Source: Octopus sinensis | Lineage: Eukaryota | Length of the DNA stretch: 64,000 nucleotides | NCBI RefSeq assembly: GCF_006345805.1 | Contig: NC_042997.1 | Coordinates: 201,562,001 to 201,626,000 of the forward strand | Reading direction: 5' to 3' | In this document: one piece after another, positions 53,978 to 64,000 of the stretch | Numbering within the stretch: the first letter of the stretch is position 1 | Layout of the letters: every line of letters begins with the position of its first letter | Notes under the pieces: generated by a model | Seen by the model: only the letters and a program-made list of their open reading frames with translations | The model's database searches: none | Told to the model about the DNA's origin: nothing | Position numbers and translations under genes: made by a program

Positions 53978-54622
53978 AAAGTAAGTTTTTATACCAGCAA
54001 ATTGAAAGCTTTTATTTGGATGTAATCCAGAGTCCAGCAATATTTAAGTGTGCATATAACCAGTATGACTTTTGGAAATCCTATTTATCAATTTGATTGG
54101 AATTGAGCCATGTATTGATAGATAAGACTCAGAAATACAATAAACTTCAACTCAGAGGGGAAAATAATGCAACTATTTCAATGATTTGGTTTCAAATTCA
54201 GAAAGAAATTTGAACAAAATTATTTTCAATTCCTTGTTATTAAGGTGGGGAGGTCAGAGGAAATTGTGAAATTTCCTTGTTGATACACACACACATACAT
54301 GCATGCGTACCACACACACACACAAACACACATACATGCATGCGTACCACACACGCACAAACACACATACATATAAAGTCATGTGAACAGAAATCTTGAT
54401 TGAATTTACCCATTGGCTTTGGCCAATATCCAATCAACTTGCTTCTAATGATAAAGTACTTTAAAGAAATTAACCATTAACATTTTGTTTATTTAATGCA
54501 GATGGGTCACTTGATTAGTAATTATCGTCATGTCTTACGTATGATTTAGTAATTACATATATAACCATGTAAAATATATACAAACAACTTTTGTGTGTTT
54601 GTTTATTTTTTAGTTGACTATA

Positions 54623-54792
54623 GGCGCAGGAGTGGCTGTGTGGTAAGTAGCTTGCTTACCAGCCACATGGTTCTGGGTTCGGTTCCACTGCATGGCACCT
54701 TTGGCAAGTGTCTTCTACTATAGCCTCAGGCTGACTAAAGCCTTGTGAGTGGATTTGGTAGACAGAAACTGAAGAAGCCTGTTGTATATATG

Positions 54793-54844
<52 letters not shown>

Positions 54845-55302
54845 GGTACAATTCGTTATTTTAGTAGTTTTTACTGCAAAAGTCCCCCCTAGCGTGCGGT
54901 ACCTATGAATAATAGTGCCCTCTATATAATATAAATAAGTATTTTCAAAGTTGAAAAAATTTACAGATTTTTCTCTTACAAGGTTTTTCACGCTAACTAC
55001 TGACAATTTCTTATAAAGATTTTATCCTTATTTTTAAAATATATATATATATATATATGTGTTGTGTGTGTGTGTGTGTGTGTATATGTTTGTGTGTCTG
55101 TGTTTGTTCCTGCACCATTGCTTGACAACCAATGCTGGTGTGTTTACGTCGCCGTAACTTAGTGGTTCAGCAAAAGAGACCAATAGAATAAAGTACTAGG
55201 CTTACAAAGAATAAGTCCTGGGGATGATTTGCTTGACTAAAGGCGGTGCTCCAGCATGGCCACAGTCAAATGACTGAAACAAGTAAAAGAGTAAAGAGAG
55301 TA
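54623..55302 (+). mobile_element. SINE family A with a ~200-bp foreign insert (54841-55037) in its internal (TA)n
   Basis: The 5' and 3' halves are separated by (TA)n-insert-(TA)n. The insert is homologous to 59385-59600. Confidence 0.8.
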
Positions 55303-55665
55303 CTCACCAGCAATTCTCAAAAAAATGTGCTGTGGATTTAAAAAAAAACATAATTTAAGGCTTTAAAAATTTCATATCTAAATTTGAAATATTTTACAAA
55401 AGCTGGTTTTTGATGATTCTGTTAACACATAATTGGTATCTCAAAACCATCTTGATAATGCTTGTCCATGAGGGCCTCTACCCCATCAACCTTATCCCTG
55501 CCAATTCACATTTCATCCCCTAACACACAAAATGCACTGCTGCTGATGCCATGTGAAAATCTCTGGTGCTGGGGTCACAGGATTGGAACTATAAACCCTG
55601 AGTTTCGAAATCCTTCTGCTGTTCTCATTTCCTCATTGGTGTGAACAAGGCCTTTCAACAATCTC

Positions 55666-56074
55666 TTTACTCTTTTTATTCTTTTACTTGTTTCAGTTAT
55701 GTGACTGTGGCCATGTTGGAGCGCTGCCTTTAGTCAAGCAAATCGACCCCAGGACTTATTCTTTGTAAGCCTAGTACTTATTCTATCGGTTTCTTTTGCC
55801 GAACTGCTAAGTTACAGGGATGTAAACACACCAGCATCGGTTGTTAAGCGATGTTGGGGTCACAAACACAGACACACAAACACACACACACACACATATA
55901 TACATATATACAACAGGCTTCTTTCTGTTTCTGTCTACCAAATCCACTCACAAGGCTTTGGTCAGCCCGAGGCTATAGTTGAAGACACTTGCCCAAGGTG
56001 CCACGCAGTGGAACTGAACCTGGCACCATGTGGTTCATAAGCAAGCTACTTACCACACATCCACTCCTATGCCT
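55666..56074 (-). mobile_element. SINE family A, full length
   Basis: Matches the family consensus. Confidence 0.85.
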
Positions 56075-56559
56075 CAAAAACAAATTTTGTGCAACAATGA
56101 CTTCTGAGAATTAAATATGGGTGTACTTCTTTGGAACTGTTCCAAGAATTAAGTTGCTTATTAGAAACAGCCAAATTCATGTAACTCCTTAAGAATGAGG
56201 CATTAAATTAAGTTGAACTCATTTCTTTCAAATGCACAAAGTTAGAAGAAATAAGTGATAATCAGTTATACTAACTCCAGGACTTGTCAGATTCTTTACT
56301 TTATGGACCCCAGAATGATGAAACATAAAGGTGACCAGTACAAAATTTGAATTCTTTAAATTAAATTAAATTAAATTAAATTAATAACAAACAAGAGCAC
56401 CCAATGAGCGCTAACCTCCACAAATGCAACACCAATGTCCTCTCAATGATTAGCCAGAGAGGATTTTTAAAATGAGAATATCTGAAATAAACTCGACTGC
56501 TCTCACAAATGAGAATACTAAAAATGAACTTGACCACTCTCAAAAATTGAGTAAAAAAA

Positions 56560-56757
56560 AGACGGAAAAATAATCCAGTATCCTTGTCCAGTACCAGATC
56601 GATCCCCAAATCTAATCAGTTCATGCCAGTCACGAGGTCAAACATTCCTGAAAATTTCATCTGAATCCATCCAGCGGTTCTTGAGATATCTTGTCCACGA
56701 AGAAACAAACAAACACAACTGAAAACAATACCTTCGCCTTCGCTAAGGTGGAGGTAA
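56560..56757 (+). mobile_element. Helentron/HINE-like non-autonomous element 3' end
   Basis: aaaatttcatc..aatcc....ttcttgagatat...acaaacaaac...gaaaacaatacc...hairpin...ggaggtaa, which resembles HINE/DINE-like termini. Confidence 0.5.
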
Positions 56758-59059
56758 CGATACAGTCCTGGCCAACCCATACCAGCATGGAAGGCAAACA
56801 TTAAATAATGATGTTCATCATCATCATCATCATTTAATGTTTGTTTTCCATGCTGGTATGGGTTGGACAGTTTGACTGAGGTCTGGAAAGTCAGCACCTG
56901 CACCAGGCTCCAATCTGATCTGGCAATGTTTCTACAGCTGGATGTCCTTCTTAACACTAACCACTCCAAGAGTGTAGTGGGTGCTTTTTATGTGCCACTG
57001 GCACAGGAGCCAATCAAGTGGGCCTGGCATCGATCACATCCAGATGATGCATTTTACGTGCCACTGGAACAGGAGCCAGTCAGGGGGCACTAGCCACAGC
57101 TACGATTTTGGTTTTACTTGCCTCAACAGGTCTTCTCAAGCATATCATATCACCCAACTCATCAAAGGTACTCTTAAATGGGTCGGACATGCAACACTGG
57201 CATCAGACATGGCTGCGATCTCATGATGATGATAAATACATGTTTATCATCTGATCTGTGGAACTCAGCTATTTTACACTACACTCTTCACATGGGGTAC
57301 TTCAACATTGCTGAACATGATGAAGGAGCTTATTCAAAAAAGGAGCATGAGAACCCTAACTTTAAGTTTATGCATTTTGTTTATATGCCAAATTTGCGGT
57401 AGGATAGCATCTGGGGAAAGCTCTGCAAATGACATTGAAGTGTTAAAGAGCACCTGAATGCCACAGATCAGATCAGATGACTCACCTGAGACTCACTGAG
57501 AATGGAAGAGAGCGACATTTCACCATTATTATGGCTTATCAATACCATGCACTTGGATCATCTCAAAACAAAGTAAATTGCTAGTCTTTGGCTTATCTGC
57601 AAAGTTTAATATTAACAACAGAAAAACAAAATGAAGATTTCTGCTAAGAATATGGAAGTGAAGTATCCAACTGGATGAAGTAAAATAACAGGGTGCATAA
57701 AATAACAAGGGTATAAAGTAATGGGTGTATAACAGTAAAGGTGTATAAGGATAATCTGTTGCAGGTGTTCTGTAATGTTTTGAACGCAAGAAATGTTAAA
57801 TCTAGTCCAGCATAGAGAATGGATGTTAAATGGTGGTGGTGTTGGTGGTGGTGGTGACGATATTACCTCAGCTCACCAAGCTGTTGGGAATATTTAACCA
57901 GATCGATACATTCTTGTTTTAAATTCTGGGACACCATTGCTGCCATACAACATAGAGAACAGTTACAGTTTTAAAATGGATTGAATTATAGATTTCAGTT
58001 CTAATGGACGAAGTTAATGTATTATAACCAGTTTGGGACTAATATTGGATTAATATAGTGTTAGGTGTTGCTATGATACTATTGTTACCAAGAGTAACTC
58101 TGTCTCTCAGGTATTTCACACTGGAAAAAATGGTTATGTCTCTGGTGGAATATTCAATGCAATGCAGCAAAAAATCAATACAATAAAATAAGGTATGGTG
58201 TGTGCATGCATGCACATGTGTTGTGTGCATGTGTACATATATAATGGATAAGAATGCATTTAAAGGTGTATGATGGATGCAAACAGATTAGTACTCAGAT
58301 CAGATCAAATATGAACAATTCAATGTCAAATGATGGAAGATGGAATCCAGGCAGACATGAGTTGGTTTTAGGCAATGTAGCAGTTAAGTTAATCGGTGTA
58401 TAATAGAATAAAAGATTGACAGACATCAAAGCATTAATAAATTAATTATACAGGAGTGAATATAAATATAAATGAGCAAAGAAACTGAAAGTCTATACGA
58501 ATTCTATATATATAGGGAAATATCGAGGAAGTTCATGCTTTAATATCACATATAAGAGAGAGGAGAATTTATGCAAACTTTTACAGCTGTTTCAGGTGTG
58601 AGTCGATCAGTAATCGCAGTAGTGTGAATTGTTCATGAATATTCATGAAGTAAGTTGGTGTTAGTGAATGTAGATAAATTAACACAAATTCAAGTTATAG
58701 TATCACTTACCCCATCTTTTATCTGTTATATTAGAGTATAGAGATTGTGGATATCTACCTATCTACAAAGAACTATTAAGGAGTTTCACTTTCTGGCTTC
58801 TTCTGTTTTCTTCGCTTAATTATATTTATACTCACTTCTGTGTAACTAGTTTATTAATGCTTTCATACCATTAACAACCACTGTTCCATTTTGATATATA
58901 CACACATATATATATTGTAAGTAAATCATAAATCTGAAAGTGAAACACACTCTAGGTTATAGAGCAGTAAAGTATTTAGATACAGATGGCTATGTAAAGC
59001 TAAGCACTTTATGAATGTGAAACCATGGGTAGCCCTATAAACCAGCCATAACAATCTTC

Positions 59060-59099
<40 letters not shown>

Positions 59100-59131
59100 T
59101 ATATATTATATAGAGGGCATTATTACACATA

Positions 59132-59364
59132 TTTATTTCACGTTGCTCCAGTTCACTCAGCTGTAGAAATGAGCTGCGACGTCACTGGTGCCAAGCTGTA
59201 TCGACCTTTGTCTTTCCCTTGGATAACACTGGTGGCATGGAGAGGGGAGGCTGGTATGCATGGGCGACTGCTGGTCTTCCATAAACAACCTTGCCCGGAC
59301 TTGTGTCTAGGAGGATAACTTTCTAGGTGCAATCCCATGGTCATTCATGACCGAAGGGGGTCTT
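59132..59364 (+). mobile_element. 5'-truncated SINE family E with 12-bp TSD. Other copies at about 6265-6512, 20810-20910, 21170-21370 and 25685-25865
   Basis: TSD TTATTACACATA at 59120-31 and 59365-76. Central motif gttcactcagctgtagaaatgag. Confidence 0.8.
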
Positions 59365-59613
59365 TTATTACACATAAATGCCACAAGCTAGGAGGGACTT
59401 TCAAAGTCATTACTACCAAAAATAAACGAATCGTAGCATGTGGCATTTATGTGTAATAATGCCCTCTATATAATATAAATAAATATTTTCAAGTGAAAAA
59501 ATTTTCAGATTTTTTTCTCTTATGAGGTTTTTCACGCTAACTACCTGATAATTTCTTGTTAAGATTTCTTATTAAGATTTTATCCTTAATTGTTAAATTT
59601 ATATATATATATA

Positions 59614-60010
59614 GGCGCAGGAGTGGCTGTGTGGTAAGTAGCTTGCTAACCAACCACATGGTTCCGGGTTCAGTCCCACTGCATGGCATCTTGGGCAAGT
59701 GTCTTCTGCTTTAGCCCTTGGCCGACCAATGCCTTGTGAGTGGATTTGGTAGACAGAAACTGAAAGAAGCCTGTCGTATATGTGTATATGTGTGTGTATG
59801 TGTTTGTCCCCCTAGCATTGCTTGACAACCGATGTTGGTGTGTTTACATCCCCGTCACTTAGCGGTTCGGCAAAGAGACCGATAGAATAAGTACTGGGCT
59901 TACAAAGAATAAGTCCCGGGGTCGATTTGCTTGGCTAAAGGTAGTGCTCCAGCATGGCTGCAGTCAAATGACTGAAACAAGTAAAAGAGTAAAAGAGTAA
60001 AGAGAGAGTA
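59614..60010 (+). mobile_element. SINE family A, full length
   Basis: Matches the family consensus. Confidence 0.85.
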
Positions 60011-60547
60011 TATACATCCCTTCCTCTGTCACCTGAGAGCAGAAAAGACACATACTATATCCACTAGCTTCCTCAGTTAGCCTTACTCTCTCACCCACCA
60101 TTATCTTTTCCCCCCACCTCCTGTCTCCACCAGTTACCACATTTCTGCACCTTCTCTCTCCTCACTGTGCTGCTCTCCATCATCATCATTTCACTTACTT
60201 GCTATCACCTTCCATGCCCTCACATATCTGTAACCCCTGCCCCTGAGCCTCTCCTATATTTCTCTCCACCTTTTGCCACAGTCACCTCATCCTGCCCACT
60301 CACCCAGCCCATGCCTCTTTATAACCTTAGTTATTTTCTAAAAAGCGTTGGTTTTGGTGCCACACAAACCGCGCAGTTTTATCAACCCAGGAAAGAATGA
60401 AAAGCCTTGATGGAATTCAAACTCAGAACATAAACAAAGACAAAACTTCACTAAGCATTTTGTCCAGATCACTGCTTTTATAATGATAATCATCATCATC
60501 ATCATTCAGTTCTATATTTGAGAGATGAGGAATTATTTACATTCTCT

Positions 60548-60957
60548 CTCTTTTACTCTTTTACTTGTATCAGTCGTTTGACTGCGGCCATGCTGGAGCA
60601 CCGCCTATAATCGAGCAACTCGACCCTGGGACTTATTCTTTTGTAAGTCCAGTACTTATTCTATCGGGGTCTTTTGCCGAACCGCTAAGTAACGGGGACA
60701 TAACACTACCAGCATCGGTTGTCAAGCAATGCTAGGGGGACAAACCAGACACACAAACACACACACGCATATATATATATATATACATATATACGACGGG
60801 CTTCTTTCAGTTTCCGTCTACCAAATCCACTCACAAGGCTTTGGTCGGCCCGAGGCTATAGTAGAAGACACTTGCCCAAGGTGCCATGCAGTGGGATTGA
60901 ACCCAGAACCATGTGACTGGTAAGCAAGCTCCTTACCACACAGTCACTCCTGCACCT
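60548..60957 (-). mobile_element. SINE family A, full length
   Basis: Matches the family consensus. Confidence 0.85.
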
Positions 60958-61039
60958 AGTGTATAATAAATATAATAAAATCAAGCTCCTTACCACACAG
61001 TCACTCCTGCACCTAGTGTATAATAAATATAAATAAAAT
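60925..61039. repeat. 57-bp tandem duplication spanning a SINE 5' end and its flank
   Basis: caagctccttaccacacagtcactcctgcacctagtgtataataaatata occurs at 60925 and 60982. Confidence 0.9.
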
Positions 61040-61876
61040 ATTACCCAACTTAAAAACAGGTGAAGATTTGTTAATAAGAAGGGTATCCTTCTGTAGAAAA
61101 TGTACCAAAACAAATCCCATCCAACCCATGCCAGCATGGAAAAGTGGACATTAAAACAGTGGTGAGGGTGAAGACTACACTATACACAAAATCAAATGCA
61201 ACTTGTATTAATAAAGACAAATCAATACACAATTTAGTTAAAATTAAGGCTTTTTTTTTCTGTTATTTTAAAACATATCTTTAACTGTATTATATATTTA
61301 ATTATTTATCTATTTTCAGTGTTGGGGAGAAAATACAAACAGCAATAACAACAAACAACAATATTTTTAATTAGTGTTTAAGAATGTAAAAACAAAATTA
61401 CAAATTAATGAAATTAGTTTAAATAATTCAAACAATGGTGTGGCAAGATATTTCCAAATTTTCTTTTATAATCTTCCATTTGAATTTTTTCTTTCTTGTA
61501 TCATGAGGAATAAAAAAAAAAAACGAAAAAAAAAAACAGAATGGAAAATAACTGAAAAAACATTGTATGAATGGTATTCATAATCTTCTTTCTCATCATC
61601 ATCATTGTCATTATTAATATTATTATTATCATTATAATTGATGACAAGGTAGTGAGCTGGCAGAATCGTTAGCAAGCTGGGCGAAATGCTTAACGTTATT
61701 TCAATTGTTTTTACGTTCTGAGTTCAAATTCTAATGAGGGCAATTTTGCCTTTTATCCTTTTGGGGTCAATAAATAAAGTACCACTTTCCTAATGGGGTC
61801 GATCCAATCGACTGGCACCCACCCCCAAAATTTCAGGCCTTGTTTCTAGAGTAGAAAAGATTATTATTATTATTAT

Positions 61877-62333
61877 TGAGTGAGAGAGCAGTTCGTGCCA
61901 TCAAAGTGACACTGGGGTAAAATATACGAAGCCCAATATACCCATCATGACTACCCGTCTGGTAAGGGTACACCAGGCACATGCATCACAACCATATGTG
62001 CGCGATATGGTGATTTCATATCAAGATAAACAGCACATGACCTTGCAGGTGGGGCCCAGTTAGAATTTTCTTCAGGTTGAGTAGCCCATCCCGCTCAAAC
62101 GGTCCCTGAATAAGGGTTGTTTAAGGATGTTGAAAGAACCACCCATGTTTCCAGAGGTGAATTATTCAAACCCCAAAGAATCCCTCTCAACATATGGCTA
62201 TGATGCTCCCCCACTACTTCTGCTCGTGATCAGAGATGCACATATCGTCAGCCACTAAGGGGCATGCTCAACTGGTTAAGGTCAAACAACTGACAAGCAA
62301 ATCTGTGGTATTGAGCAGAATATTTGCTGTAGC
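61877..62333 (-). mobile_element. Dong-like 3' UTR-type repeat
   Basis: Homologous to 8359-8815. (ATT)n at its 3' end. Confidence 0.7.
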
Positions 62334-64000
62334 AATAGAATTTTCTCAATAAAGCCAAGAGAAAAAGATGTTTTATAAACATATTCTACCAGTATACGAA
62401 GTTTAAAATTTTTTAGTTACCTAGAAATTATGTTAAAAACTGCTGTTCAAACCGAAAAGATCCAAATATTCCGTTAAACATTCATGGTGTTGTTCAGTTA
62501 CAACCAGCCTAAGAAATATATTTTTATTTCTCAGCTCAACCAGTCGCTACAACACCCAAGCAACAAACCTTTTTTGTGGCATCGGATGAATTTAACGCTG
62601 TGAAACTCTTTCAAAGATAGTATTATGATTTGTTTAATCCTTTTATGAAAATTACGAAAGAGAAAGAAAAAGATTGATAATGATGAGTAATAATTTCTAC
62701 GTAAGGGTCCCATTAGGACATAAAATGCACTTCAAAGATTTCCCAAGAGTAAAAACTTTGGGAAATGCTGAGTTAGTTGCAATAGGGGCCAGAAAATATG
62801 CCTTGGGGTATTTATATACGTCCCACTACATTCGGTTGGGCTGTACTGTGTCTCATTTAATCGGCTACAAATTTCCTTGTAAATGTGTTGTGCCATTATA
62901 CGGATGTTAGAAATCAATAAATGGACGTTTACGAGGGACTGTTTGCCTTTTATTCCTTACAAAGCATCAAGTTTGAGTGATTAGCAAAACAATAAAGGGC
63001 AAATACAAGGGAGGCAACTCTTCAATGGCATACGGAGACTAATTTCTGGTTTCCTTGTTATAAATCTTTCATTCATAAATAAATCGATATTGTGTTGGTG
63101 AATCTTGTCATAAATAATTCACATGATATTTCTATAGACATGTATTTATTTCTCTATTAAGCCTTAGTTTATTTATCTCTATTTGTATAAGGTAAATTAG
63201 CTTGCAGTCTCCAAGCTGAATTCATCTCACCAAGTACCAAAAAGAAAGCGGATGTCATTTCCCATGTCAGCAGGACTTAATCACTCATCGTTGAATAAAC
63301 CGCTCACTTTATCACACTTGCGTGAGATAAGTGATGTATCATCGATTGGTTGACTCACAAAGCTCAATAAAGTGAGTAAACCATATAACAATGGCAACAA
63401 AAGCACCATGGAAAACCATGATGTGTCAAGATGGGTTTCAATGAGAGCAGCAGGTATTATTCATCGTCTTAAATAATAAGAGATGTTTGCCTCCGTATAA
63501 GAAAATCAAACCGTTCACATTTATGTTCAGTGCGTTATATTCTAATACTTAATTCGCAGCGGTTATATATATATATATATATATATATATAGATCAATAA
63601 ATGGTGGGGTTGTGTTGACCGCACGTGGAGAAATGATAAGTAAGGAAAAATTTTTTTAAAAATGCAGAATGCTCAAATGAAAGAAAATTTTAATAAAATG
63701 AGAAAATGATAAAATATATAAATATATATTTATTCAACCGGTTTTCGTCATTGTATGACTTGTCAAGAATATTTATGTTTTAGAAGTTATTTTAAAAATT
63801 AGAAAGGGGAAAAAAAGAAAATTGCATTGTTTTTTGTAAAAGAATAATGATAAAAATGTACAAAAATTAAAAAATAAGTTCTCCGATACATTGTGAGTTC
63901 GTTGTGTATCTTGAGTTTTATGGTTGTTTACCAAAAAATTACCTTGAGGTGTTAAGATCCAAAGGGATTAAGAGCATGTGATGTGTTGTGTTGTTAAATT

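Noticed and set aside
58575-58660. Minus-strand GAAA-CAGCTG-TA palindrome and the 18-bp palindrome TTCATGAATATTCATGAA
   Set aside because: No proper CUGANGA, stem II or stem I arrangement. At most a very decayed remnant.
608-62917. Most ORFs in the supplied track (YIYI, THTH, SSSS, IIII, EEEE-type)
   Set aside because: They are translations of microsatellites, SINEs or LINE UTRs, with no domain content.
63355-63412. Signal-peptide-like MVLLLPLLYGLLTLLSF with a gtgagt donor on the minus strand
   Set aside because: The phase does not match the next candidate exon, and hydrophobic peptides arise easily in AT-rich DNA.

Overview
Repeat-dense, AT-rich eukaryotic DNA. The repeat families suggest an octopus/coleoid cephalopod genome; this is inferred from recognising the families, not from a database search. 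I cannot confidently call any host protein-coding gene. Most ORF-track entries are translations of (TA)n, (CA)n, (CAT)n, (AAT)n and (GA)n microsatellites. The window contains several tRNA-derived SINE families, 5'-truncated RTE-clade LINEs with (GAT)n tails, R4/Dong-like restriction-like-endonuclease retrotransposons inserted in a fixed orientation into (AAT)n repeats, MITE-like elements, a ~188-bp satellite, a 100-N gap and two probable assembly or tandem duplications. The most notable signal is a set of type I hammerhead-ribozyme (HHR) motifs with palindromic stem III, in about five to six unrelated non-coding elements. These sit in or next to (TA)n microsatellites or have TSDs, and show either Penelope-like inverted-repeat architecture or retrozyme-like 'unit plus partial repeat' architecture. 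They include a 299-bp-arm near-perfect palindrome with an HHR motif in each arm, a 473-bp unit whose 5' end maps about 7 nt from the predicted self-cleavage site, and a composite element joining a tRNA-like head to an HHR. The HHR-Penelope/retrozyme link is established knowledge. The specific families and variants here are my reading of the sequence and are untested.
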